Of a DNA stretch of 64,000 bases, positions 23,071 to 34,265 are shown piece by piece. The DNA lies in the NCBI RefSeq assembly GCF_032191835.1, contig NC_083234.1:51274001-51338000 (forward strand), read 5' to 3'. The stretch is from Heteronotia binoei. Its lineage: Eukaryota. The notes beneath the pieces were generated by a model, which worked only from the letters and a program-made list of their open reading frames with translations, searched no databases and was not told where the DNA came from. The translations under genes were made by a program, and so were the position numbers. The first letter of the stretch is position 1, and each line of letters begins with the position of its first letter.

Positions 23071-23400
23071 TAATGAAAACTGTTTGACAAATGCTTTGGT
23101 ATTCTGGTGAAAATAGCTGTGACTGAGACAGGAAAAGTAAATAGCGATGTAACACCTTTTAAACCTTATCAGCAAAGGCATTGTCCTGAGCAATCAAGCC
23201 AGGAGGATTAGAATGACTTGGAATTGTGGCAATGAAAAAAGTTAACTCACAGCCAGAAATTAAAAACTGCAAGATTAAAAATATAGCCAATCAAATTTAA
23301 TGCATAGAAGTGTCAACTATTAAGTTGAAAGACCTTTGTAAATAGAGCTTTTCTAGCAACAACTTCAGTTTGTTGCACTGAGCGCTGTTGCAAAGAAAAG
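23065..23400 (-). pseudogene. pol: ERV RNase H C-terminus and integrase Zn-finger N-terminus
   Basis: SVQQTEVVA, IPSHSNPPGLIAQDNAFADK, SHSYFHQNTKAFVKQF. Confidence 0.75.
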
Positions 23401-23409
23401 TTTGTCTTT

Positions 23410-23585
23410 CACACTTTCCCCCCCAGCAAACTGGGTACTCATTTGACCAATCCTAGGAAGGATAGAAGGCTGAGTAACCTTGAGGCAGCCATCTGAACCC
23501 AGCCTCCGCCAGGATCAAACTCAGGCTGTAAGCAGAACTCAAGACTACAATACTGCAGCTTTAACACTCTGCACCACGGGGCTCT
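23410..23585 (-). mobile_element. 3'-truncated Sauria-type SINE at the gag/RNase H deletion junction
   Basis: Head and central part of the 40519-40821 family; tail missing. Confidence 0.82.
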
Positions 23586-23589
23586 TTCT

Positions 23590-24720
23590 GAAGCCAAATT
23601 AGCATTTTCCTTAGCCAATTTCAGCATCAATTCTCCTGCTGTGTCAGGATTATCAACCTGTCTTTTGATTGCTGCCTGAAAACAATTGATAAGGTCTAAA
23701 TAGAGCTCTTGTGGCTTTTGACAGACAGTTGCAAAACTATAGGCTAGTCTCCCTTCTGTAGGGACTTTGGCAAAGGCCTGTAAAGCACATTCAGATACTA
23801 TAGCAAGGGTTGCAACAGGGAGCACTTGTGCTTTAATAGTATGGAACAGTCCAGATCCATATATTTGTTCAACAGTATAAGTCCCATTGGAGCCACTCCC
23901 TTGAACATCAGCCAAATTATGATATTCACTGTCCCATACCACATACTGTCCAGGAGTTAACATCATACCTACCATATTTTTCCAATCTTGAGAAATCACA
24001 GAGTATCCATTAGAGAGTCCTTCTAAAAGACTCTGCACATCAGTTCCCCTTATGCCCATGTCTCTGATAGCCTTATGAATTTCACTCAAAACAGAGTGGG
24101 GCAACACAGCACAGTTAACAATCTGTTGCTCATTCTCATTCTGTGCGTAGGTTACTGGGCATACCGATAGAAGGTCAGGCAACTCTTCCCCTGTCAACTG
24201 TTCAGGGAAAATAGACAACATTTCTGCCAATTCTGGGACATTTTCCAATTTAGCCTGATCAAGTTCCTTCTCCAAAACTTCACAGACCATGTGTCCCGGG
24301 GCATTAGATAGTGAGCCCACGGGTGGATCCGTTGGTGGAGGAGGAGGAGAAAGAGGAGGAAGAAGAGGAGGGGCGGGGGGCACAAGTTGGACACCAGTGC
24401 ATTTTAGAGGACAATCTTTGGAGAGCTGGCTTGTGCTAGAAACGGGCATAAATTTTTCTACTGCATAGCTGCATTTATGCCAGGCTTGCAGAATTTCAAC
24501 AGAGGCTCGGGAGTCGGGGCTCTGTATGAAAGGTCTTCCTTATCTTCTCCCAGTCCCGAAGTTTAAGAGAACCTCCCTCCAGATACCAGGGGCATTGCTT
24601 ACTGATCTCTTGCAAGAGAGTCTGAAGTTGCCCAGAAGTCACGGACCTGCCGTACTTCTAAATGAGGAACCGCAGCTCCTCCAAGTGTTTCTGCTGGATT
24701 TGCGAGAACTGCCTTCCCAT
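23590..24720 (-). pseudogene. gag: ERV gag (matrix + capsid), premature stop and frameshift, NC lost
   Basis: MGRQFSQ...FLI*KYG...CPWYLEGGSLKLRDWEKI (beta-type matrix); SQDW, LTPGQYVVW, degenerate MHR, LAKENAN (capsid). Confidence 0.88.
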
Positions 24721-24791
24721 ACAAATGAAGGGGTCGTTTAGAACAACGAAGTGCACTTCCGAGGGGTCTGTTCCAGACGTTTGTGAGAGGG

Positions 24792-24810
24792 GTCTCTGTT
24801 CACTGCGCCA
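24792..24810 (-). other. ERV primer-binding site, tRNA-Lys-like (degenerate)
   Basis: TGGCGCAGTGAACAGAGAC, 2 nt downstream of the 5' LTR. Confidence 0.75.
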
Positions 24811-24812
24811 CA

Positions 24813-25133
24813 TGTAGTAATGGTCACACGACTCAGGGTTGGGGTTCACGCACCAGTCTGTCCATGCTGCTTGCGTCTTTTTGACAGTGGTTGCTTTATT
24901 TTATACATTCCTCTGTACACAATCATTGACTAACATCGTGCAGAATGAAACGAGCAATGTTTACATAAGCTTGTAACCCCAAATGTGGATTCCAGGAAGG
25001 AGGTGAAAGGGCAGCACATTTTGAGACCCTCAACATTCTTGCATAGGCCAAAGTACATGAAGGCTTTAATGCTGCCTTCTGAGTCTTAAGATGGAGTTAG
25101 AACAAGGTTGGCCAGGCCATTGTCCTTCCTTCA
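24813..25133 (-). repeat. ERV 5' LTR (321 bp)
   Basis: Differs from the 3' LTR by 7 substitutions and one 5-bp indel (manual alignment). Confidence 0.95.
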
Positions 25134-25896
25134 GAGTTAGCTGAATCTTATTACAGGCATCTGTTTCCTAGTAACAGTCAAAGACATTGTTGTCTGGGCT
25201 TAAAAGGAGTGATGGGAAGGAGCTGGGGCTGCAGGAACAGAATGTCAGCCAGAAATGGCCTGGGTACTTTTTGAAAGCTGTTCAGGAAGATGTGGTCTAG
25301 CCGAAACTTTATCAGATGGCCTCTTGTAGCCCTGAGGAATATTATAACCAAAGCTCCATATCATGCTAGCCCAGCATCCTTTATCCCTTCTTGTGAGTTC
25401 TCACTCTGGTGGCTGTTGAATGTCTAAATTAGATGAAGTCACACCAAGACGTGTTTTATGTTATTGTTTCACATTATCCTGAGCTGAGCATTCAATTTGC
25501 CTTTACTTTGCCATGACCTGCAGGCAGCTTTACAAATACAGTTCCCCAGAATGAATGTGTTATGATCTTGAGCACATTGTCAGGTGAGTAAGACAAGTTA
25601 CAAGGCAACAGAGAAGCAGTTGCTGAACTGTACAGAAGATATTGGGCTTCCATGGGGTTGTTGGTGGCAGTGAGCCTAGTAGTTATACATCTGGTCTAGA
25701 TTGAGATTTGACTCATGTATGTATCTTTCTAGAATATCCTCTTTCAAAATGCACTGGTTCCAGATCAACATCTCATTAAGACTGTGTAGCTGGCTTCCTT
25801 CTAGCATTTTATTGGCAGTGGTATGCTGTAAAACAGTTGGCTAAGCTACTTCTGGCCTTCAGCAGAGTTCTTGGGCTAAAAATGTTGTTGTGCACT

Positions 25897-25937
25897 AATA
25901 AACATTTTCAGAAATATGCCGCATTATTGTAAATAAA
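25897..25937 (+). terminator. Candidate native C2orf68 polyadenylation signals
   Basis: AATAAA at 25897-25902 and 25932-25937, the first plus-strand AATAAA I found after the stop codon. Confidence 0.45.
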
Positions 25938-26414
25938 TACATGAAGTTAGTCCTGTTGTTCATATCCTTTGCTGCAGCTATAAGCCACATCCTGGGATAC
26001 ATGTGTGTTCTGGGAGTTTGCAACACCCAAGAAAAGTATAATTCTGTTTGTTTCCTATGTCCCCTTATCCTGCATATACAGTACCCCACTTGTAAAACAA
26101 ATATTCTTTGAGATTAGTCTATGAAGCAATTCAAGTACTCAGAATCTATTGGATGAAATTTACTTCCTCAACAAGAGGTTGGTCCAAACATTTTAGCTGT
26201 CAACTGACTCAGGAGAATTCCATGTCCAGATGTACTGAAGTCAAGTAAAAGTAATGAAGTTCTATTTCCTTCAGAATTTTGTGTGTGTGTCTGGCTTATG
26301 GAGCAGATCATGGGGAGAAGATGCAGCATTCTAAAGTTGAGGAGAAGCTTAGCAGGTGAGTCCTAGGCTGAATCCCTGAGGGTATCCTGTAAAAATTTCT
26401 TTCTTGTAACTGGA

Positions 26415-26694
26415 GAGCCAGTTTGGTGTAGTGGTTAAGTGTGCAGACTCTTATCTGGGAGAACCGGGTTTGATTCCCCACTCCTCCACTTGCACCTGCT
26501 AGCATGGCCTTGGGTCAGCCATAGCTCTGGCAGAGGTTGTCCTTGAAAGGGCAGCTGCTGTGAGAGCCCTCTCCAGCCCCACCCACCTCCCAGGGTGTCT
26601 GTTGTGGGGGAGGAAGGTAAAGGAGATTGTGAGCTGCTCTGAGACTCTTCGGAGTGGAGGGCGGGATATAAATCCAATATCTTCTTCATCTTCT
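26415..26694 (+). mobile_element. Full-length MIR/Squam3-like SINE
   Basis: A box tggtgtagtggtta, B-box-like ggtttgattccc, tail gagggcgggatataaat + (TCT)n. Confidence 0.85.
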
Positions 26695-27849
26695 AACTTG
26701 TTTTTCCCCCAATACTTATAATTACACTATAGATATAATACGGACAAAAAAAATTTAAGAGCCAGTTAGGCTTTTTCTACAGTAAGTTCTGTTGAGCTAT
26801 TAGAAATTATAGTGGGTTGTCTCTATTTAAATGCAAGTCTCTATTTAAAGCCAAGATGACATATTATTTAATTTCTTGATGAATTCTAATCCAGCACTTT
26901 CACATTGTATATTTTCTTCAAAGGGTTTTTTGGGGGGAAGGGGGGGAATAGCAACTCAGTATGTCCAGGAAGACTAAAATGTTTCTGATTGTTTATGTCA
27001 GATCTGAGTTTGATTCTGCCATGTAGAGACTAGCATTTGGTCAGTAAAGATGGTAGAATAGCATTATTAGCACATGATGGCATACAATAAATTAATTATT
27101 TGCAAGCAGATGAGTTCAGGATGGTATATTACTGAGTCCACGTGGGGTGACTGTACACATGGGGATATCCAGGGCTGCTCCAAGGTTTCGTTCCTGGGAT
27201 TTTTTTTTCTGTTGGATGATTCATAGTTGTTGACCAGAAGCTGTTTTACATTGAGGGCTGTCTGTAAGCAAGGAAAAGCCTGCTACCCCAGGTCTGTGAA
27301 AGAGAATTATCCTTACCCAGTAGAGGCTATAGGTCACTGGATGAGATGTTGAAGAGGATTAAATAGTGAGTTATTGGTGACAACCAGTGTTTGTTGGGTT
27401 GGGTGTATGTGTGTTTAAATTATTCTTTGGGTTTACCTTGTGGCATGCTGTTTCTGGGTACCATTCTGGTTTTATTGAGTTTTTGCATGTTCACAAAACT
27501 GCGTATCAGTGATGTGTTGTCCAACTTTCCATTTCTTCAACTCAGCTTCCAGAACCAGCAGTTACTGGCTGTTGTCTGCCACAACAGGCAACCTTTTCTG
27601 CACCTAACAGTACAATCTTAAACACCAACAGACTTACAAGAAGCCATTCTGTTACCTGTTCTATTAAGACCAACACATTGCTTTTGTTAACAAAGGGAAT
27701 AACATGGCTTTTACATTATGTGATGAACTTGCAGGCCTACCTTTTTTGTGTCTCTCATTTGGAAATCCTATGCAGTCTAAATACGTTTATTTCAGTAGGT
27801 TTAGACTGGAGTAAGGGTGCATACGATTGCAGTGCCAAATCTTTTATTT

Positions 27850-28035
27850 GCTTGCCAGGATAATCAACCTCTGGCCAGGGGCTGGAAGTCTCCCATCTGA
27901 TGTCCAGGTGACAGTGTCCTGGAGAAAACAGCAGCTTCGCGGGGCGGGAGGCTGAGGCATTATGCCCCACTGAGTCCCCCTCCCCGGCTCTGCCCCCAGA
28001 TCTCCAGGTATTCCCCAAGAGTGACTTGGCAACCA
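27850..28035. mobile_element. Degenerate MITE of the TAGGGTTGCCA-TIR family
   Basis: Internal ctggagaaaa...ggcattatgccccactgagtccc...cccagatctccagg...ttggcaacc matches 49821-50026 and 52366-52582. Confidence 0.6.
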
Positions 28036-28039
28036 CAAC

Positions 28040-28900
28040 CTGAAGTAATAGGGGCGGGGGGACGAGGCGCAGCTTTCCGTTGAGGCAGGTAAGGCTGAGC
28101 TGCCCTCCCTTGCGTACCGAGCGCGATCTGTCCCACAGGAGACGGCGATCCGCCATGAGCCGCTTTGCCTCAAAACGCACGCCAGGTCGAATTTCCTGGC
28201 TGCGCAAGACTACATTTCCCATCTGCCTCGGTGTCTTTCTGTCACCTCCCCCTCCTCCGGTTTTGCAGGCGGGGAGGTTCTGGTCACTTGGGTGGGCGGC
28301 TAGGGAAGAGGGGGCGGAGGGGCCGGCCTGGCCTCGCCTGCCTGCCTCTGACGGTCGGCCAGGGCTAGAAGGCGGCGCGCTTCGTCAGGCTGCGGCTGGG
28401 ACCGGGTAAGGGAGTCCGCGGGAGACCCGGCTCCCCCGTCGCCCCTTGAGAGAGAGAGAGAGCGGCTGCGCTGAGGGCCCTTCGCGGCCTCCCAGACTGA
28501 AGTGGCGCTACCAGGCTGCCGCTCTCTCACCCCGCGGGCCCGTGCTGAGCCACCGGGGCTTGGGAGCCTTCCATGCCCGAGGGAGGCCTTGGCAAACTTG
28601 AGCGCTCTGCTCACAGGCCGGTGGGTTGAACTTTGCCCGGGGTGGGGGGAGCGTCCAGGCCGCGAGGCGAGGCGAGGGCGGCGTGCCGGTGCCTCTGCAC
28701 GCTTGCACTCGCAGGTTTTGGCCCGCAGCTTCTGAGGTGCAACAGCCTGGCTGCAAGGGAGGATTCCTGGGGCGCCAGGCAGCCCTGCGGCGCCTGGGGT
28801 TGGGCAAGGCGTGTGGTTTGCTTTCGCAGGATGTTGGCATTGGGCCTTGGTGGGGAGAGGAGGGCCTGGCGGGCATCTTCGTCTGGTAGCTCTTGGCAAG
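28040..28900 (+). promoter_or_regulatory. TMEM150A: TMEM150A CpG-island promoter and probable non-coding exon 1 (donor after 28405)
   Basis: GC boxes, ACTACATTTCCCA (ZNF143/THAP11-type motif) at 28209-28221, donor cgg/gtaagg at 28406. Confidence 0.6.
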
Positions 28901-30259
28901 TCTGCGTAGTAGGCGAGGGTCAGGGCAGGGAGATCTTGTGCCAAATATGTGGGGAATGCATCGGTTGGTCTTGGCTGGGAAGTCTGCGGAAATCCTAGCA
29001 GCTCGGAAGGGGGAAGGCCTGGAGAAGCATTTCCTTTTCAAGGCAAACTGAATGGTTGCGAATAGGTAGAGGGTAAAGTTTCCATTGTGATTTTGCCAGA
29101 CCACTTATCACTTCGGGGAAGCCAGGCTAGCTTTCCCATGGAAGATGCTCAACCAATAAATCGTCAGCCAGCTCTCCAGCACCGGTTTGGGGGTCTGGAA
29201 AGCCAAGGGACATATTCTTTTTAGTATAAATACGCTGTTCGTGTGCACAGTGATAACATGAACCAACAATGGGTGCACGGAGGGAAGGAACACCAGCAGC
29301 ATTGAACCACAGGATAGCAGACATCATTTTAGATTAAACAGGAACTGGAAGTAAGACAGAGAAGCAAATAAAGGACCAGTGGCAGGCTTCAGGAAGTTGT
29401 TCTTGGAAGGAAATTCTCAAGTGGAAACACTCTCACACACATCCCCCGCAACCAAGGGGGTGAGCTGTACCACACTGCAAGTGAGGATTGCAAGGAAAAT
29501 GATAGACTTCAGTCAGCACTGTTTTTCACATGGCAAGAGGTATATACTATTTTCCAGTGATGACGCTGTAGATAGGAGAAAAATAAACTTTTAATACTTG
29601 CATTGGAAACACAATGTGCACCAAGAACAGCTTGTTTATATAAAAGATACGTTATTCAGTTACACTGGCATTAAAGAGAAAATCTAGAACAATATATGAT
29701 AGATCTAAAGCTGTTAGCACACACTTGTGAATTTGGGGAGTTGTGTGACTTGCTTAGTAAAAGATCTCAGTGTGTGTGGCATAAAGTCTGATAGAAAGCC
29801 AGATTACTGAAATAGATTTAGTTCTACAGTATGCAGGCGATACAGACAAAGCAGTTGTAGACAGTAGAAAAGCAGGCAAAAGATCTAGAGGGCAAAAGTA
29901 ATATAAAAAAAGACAGAGCAAAATAAGCACTAGCACTAATGAAAGCTCCAAACAGAAATAAGGGCTACAGAATTATGCACAGAGAACTTGCCACATGGGG
30001 CATTGCAGCCATAGCATATATTTTGGTCCAGCATATTGAAAACAATGCAATAAATGTGGCAAATATTAATAACTGTCAAAATGTGTAAAACTAGAAATCA
30101 GACATATGTCTAACATAGACTTGCAAAACTAGAAATCATTGCTAGCTGAATCATTTCTGCATTAATAAGTCAGTAATGCCCACTGGGAAACAACTGCAAA
30201 CAATTGATAAATATACCGTAATCTGAACAGCAGTTACTGAGATGTCCTATCTACTTAAA

Positions 30260-30829
30260 CAGGGATGTCAAACCTGTTTGTTATGAGGGCTGAATCTGAC
30301 ATAAATGAGACCTTGTCAGTCTGGGCCATGTGTGTCATAAAATGTAATGCCAGGTAGCGGAGATAGGCTTTATAAAGGACGCAGACAAACACAATTAAAG
30401 ATTTTTTTTAAAAACTTAAAATAAAACTTGATTAAAAATTAGCACTAGGTCTTAAAGCTGCTTTCTTTGTATCTCTCCCATGGGATCCAGGAAGCTGGGC
30501 AAAGGAAGCTTTGGCTCTTTCCTTCCTTCCCCAGGTGACCAGGAGGGGGAGGAGCCTCAGCCAATAGAAGGAAGAAAGGCCTGGCTCAGTAGCTCTGCTG
30601 TGCGATTAAGAGAGCCTGGCAAAGCAAGCTATCCTCCCCCCCCTTTCCTCTCCAAAGGAGGCGCCTCAGCAAATGGAGAAAATAGAGGCTTTCCTCTGTA
30701 GCTCCTGTGCAAGTGAGCAAGCCTGGCAAAGCAGGCTGTGATGCAGAAGGAAGCAAGAGAGAGGGAGAAGGCAGCAGATGATAGCCAGTTGCTCAGGGGC
30801 CTGATACAGCTGCATGTTTGACACCCCTG
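30260..30829. mobile_element. 570-bp hAT (Charlie-like) non-autonomous element
   Basis: TIR CAGGGATGTCAAAC / GTTTGACACCCCTG; TSD TACTTAAA / TACTAAAA. Confidence 0.88.
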
Positions 30830-31654
30830 TACTAAAATCCCAGCTAGTAGATTTTGATACACAGGCTGTAACTGGGTCTGAGGCTCATGACTAATGTAAG
30901 TGTGATATAAAAGTTAATAGAAACATGCAAAAGAGCAGTGGAATGTTCATTCAGATTAGGAAGACATTTTTTCAAAGCCTTGGCTGTTTACCAAATTAAA
31001 AATAGATTCACAAATACTGCTTGTAACTCATGTGCCTCCTAAGTGTCCTGTGGTATTGAACTGTGTGAAAAAATGTTGGTACAGAAATTAGATGATTTTT
31101 TTTCAGTCCAAGAGATGTGAAACTGCTCACTTCTAAGAGAACGCATACATGCTGTGTCAGAAACAAGAGTAAGACATACAGTATCTTAAAATCTAAGAGG
31201 CCTTAGTTGAAATGCTCAGTCCAAAGGATGATCTATATTGATTTCTAAGAGAAGATAACCTTTTGCTAGGCAGTCATTCTTAAACATGGCAGTGGTGATC
31301 TGACTGGCCCAAGATGATGAATTTGGCTATCAATTTATGAAACGGTTTCAGCAACTAAAGATTCTACAAATGAAAGTTCATGTGTTGAAGTGTTACAATG
31401 CGAAAAAGCTGTGAATGACTGTACATACCAGGTTTTGGGATTAGTTGCAGTACTGTGGCAGACATGCCACATTTCTTGTTAAACCTGTACATGGTTCAAA
31501 AGCTCAGACAAGTTGAACTATATTCAAACAGAAATAAAGGTATGTTTGGATGCATGAGATCTCACTGATCTATGGGAAAACAGTGGCTTTTGAAGCAGTT
31601 CTCTGACTACTGGAGGCAATTGTCAAAACACTGTGTTCCTTCAAGTATCCTATA

Positions 31655-32155
31655 ACTTCTTTATGGCCCTTTATGGTCAGGGACCTGCCTATCTATGGGA
31701 CCGCCTTTCCCCATATATCCCCCAGAGAGCACTGCGATCAGGGACAAAAAATCTGCTGTCTGCCCCTGGCCCAAAAGAAGCCAAGTTATGCATAACGAGA
31801 TCCAGGGCTTTTTCGGTGGCAGCACCAGAACTTTGGAACACCCTCCCAGAAGCTATAAGGGCCCTGCGGGATTTGTCGGCATTCCGCAGGGCATGTAAGA
31901 CTGAACTGTTTAAACAGGCTTTTGTGGTTGATTGAAAATGGGCTGCCACCGGACATCCTACAGAATGCTGGCGATCATAGTCAGAAGTCAATACCGCCTA
32001 GATTGGACTTAGACAGCGCTAATAGTTTTAAAATTGATAAGTAAATTATGGTTTTATATGTTTTATTGAATTGATTGTTTTTATGATGTTGTAAGCCGCC
32101 CTGAGTCCGCTTGCGGAGAGGGCGGGATATAAATGTAAAGTAATAAATAAATAAT
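31655..32155 (+). mobile_element. L2 LINE 3' fragment
   Basis: ALYGQGPAYLWDRLSPY...RAFSVAAPELWNTLP...FRRACKTELF; tail gagggcgggatataaat + (AAAT)n. Confidence 0.88.
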
Positions 32156-33470
32156 TCTAACAGAAATGCCAACTGCACGTGAAGTATTGCCTTAAGATGA
32201 GTCAGTAGTTACTAATACTTTATCCAGTGCATGTTTAGGACAAGGAGAAATTAGAACAGAGGGAATACTTTGGCAAGCAAGACATCATGAGATATACAGC
32301 AATCTCAGAACTGGAACAGATGGAATTTGAAACAACCACTGCCAATTAAGGATTTTTGAAAATCTTAAAATACTGTTTTGCAGGATAGCCCCAAAGAAAT
32401 GTGGGAATTCCAGAAGATGTGCTTATTGGGCTACAGATAGGAATTAAATATTTAAACATAAAGAGAAAAGAACACTAATCTAGATGGACCAGTGGTCTAA
32501 TGAATAACATTAGAGCATTGGTCCATGTAGAGTAGTGTTGTTTTCTCTGACTGACAAAGATTTTCCAGAGCTTCAAGAGGAAAAGGATCTTTCCCATAGT
32601 TGGCTGCCTGTGGTCTTTTAACAGGAGATGCTAGGAGCTGAACTTGGAAATTCCTATGTGATTGTATACAAAACTTATGAAATACTGGATGGCATACATG
32701 AGTGATTAGGAAATTGAACTATGTAAAGTGGTTATTCCATTCAATTTTGTGCCCGATACTTTAGAATGTTGCTGAACAGTAAGGATTCCTATCAGAGAAT
32801 AGCATTTTCTAAAATGGACATGGTGAAGCCATTTTCTATGAGGGTGTGAGATCAACTGTACTAAGCAACTCAGTATTAAATAAAATGTGTTCCACATTTC
32901 ACATCTGCATCATTTTAAAAGTTTGCAGCAGCAAAAACAACTACATTCACTAGAGGATCTTAGGTTCCAGCTAAACTGGGTGCTTGTGTGTGTGTGTGGG
33001 GGGGGTGCCTTAGGTATAAATAGGCTCACTGGAATGTTTTGGAATAATATGAATGCTGTTTTGGAGAACCTGGGATAGCTCAAAGCTATACTTTTCTAGT
33101 CACATGATTAATTTTCTCTAAATGTGATTTAATGAGCACAAGCAGCTTTATTGAGCCTGGAGGTTTATTTTATGTATTTGGTTAAACTTTTAGTCCTCAA
33201 TGCAGTTCACAAGATGCATTAGGTCATAAGTGATACCATTCATTGCCTGTGTGAAAAGCAAGATGCTGTAACCCTATGGCTGAAAGGTGTCTTTTATTTT
33301 CACTGGATACCTAGTGACCATTCAGCTGTCCTTGCCAAGCAGGAGATGCTTCCAAGACAGGAGTGGGGAGCACCTCGTCCTGCTGTTGGCTTTGTTCTAT
33401 GCACAGTCCTTACTAAGTGGCATTTTTAGGAAGCATGAGATGAAACATATTTTGAAAGAGGTGCTTCTAG

Positions 33471-33674
33471 CCCTGACCTGGATAGTCCAGGCAAGCCTGA
33501 TCTCAGAAGCTAAGCAGGGTCAACTGTGGTTAGTACTTATCTGAGAGACAGTCCTTGAAATACCCAGTTGAGAGGACAGAAGCAGGCTTTCGGCCACAGT
33601 ATCCTCCAGGCCCCCAGTCGGGTCAGTCACCAGAGGTCAACATGACTTCCAGGTGCAGATACACACACACAAAA
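33471..33674 (+). mobile_element. 5S rRNA-headed SINE, tail type B
   Basis: Shares head and agtcaccagag...catgacttccagg...(CA)n tail with 10764-10990. Confidence 0.75.
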
Positions 33675-34082
33675 GTGCCTCTAATCCTAAGCATTCCCTG
33701 AAGACCCAAGATCTCAGAAAGCACAGATCTGGAGAAATGGAGATAGGTATCTGGCTGGGAACCCAGTTTTCTCCACAGCAAGGCAACAAGCTACCACCAT
33801 TCAGTGAGAGTCTTGGGACTGCCATGTCAGCAGTAGTCTGTGTAGCAGGATCTACTAGGCTTGATAAAGATGCCACTGAGTGGCTGAAGGAGAACTAAGG
33901 CTGCTATAGGCTAGGAAGTAAATTGTTGCTGTAAGAGTGCAAAAACTGTAAAAGAGAAAGTATTGCATTATGAAGTGAGAGTATGAGGTTGAATGTTTGA
34001 CCTTTGCCACGTGAAACCAGTTTTCTAGCAGCTTACCGCAGCTACCCATTTAATGGTCACTGTATGCTGTTTTAATCCAGGT

Positions 34083-34265
34083 GGTCAACCATGTTGGTCT
34101 GAAGCGGTGGAACAAATTTTGAGTCCAGTGGCACCTTTACGACCAATAAAGTTTATGTATTGTATTGTATATGCATGCACAGTTTGGAAGCATGCAAGCA
34201 CATGAAAGCTCACATCTTAAATAAAACTTTGTTGGTCTTAAAGGTGCCACTGGACTCCAGAATTT
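34083..34265. mobile_element. Penelope-derived inverted-repeat element
   Basis: Arms gagtccagtggcacctttacgacc / ggtcttaaaggtgccactggactc; decayed ...gcacatgaaagctca core. Confidence 0.65.

Larger units (their letters stand above)
20545..25133 (-). mobile_element. Defective class II (betaretrovirus-like) endogenous retrovirus with both LTRs
   Basis: Two ~98% identical LTRs (TG...CA), 6-bp TSD GAGTTA (20539-20544, 25134-25139), PBS, PPT, gag/RNaseH/IN/env remnants. Confidence 0.95.
29400..32250 (+). mobile_element. Ancient Gypsy LTR-retrotransposon relic (gag, Zn-knuckle, RT start), interrupted by a MITE and an L2
   Basis: LETQCAPRTACLYKRYV..RENLEQYMIDLKLLAHTCEFGEL..D..VCGIKSD; CNKCGK; IKVCLDA*DL; many stops and frameshifts; extent beyond gag uncertain. 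Confidence 0.6.

Noticed and set aside
23439-24449. Intact 336-aa Gag ORF (possible domesticated gene)
   Set aside because: Matrix has a stop at codon 21 and a frameshift, the MHR is degenerate, and the last ~50 aa are SINE-derived
26415-26480. tRNA gene (and other A/B-box heads)
   Set aside because: No cloverleaf acceptor stem; continues into SINE core and tail
28300-29104. 214-aa and 198-aa minus-strand ORFs
   Set aside because: Stop-poor GC-rich CpG-island sequence; low-complexity P/A/R composition, no domain
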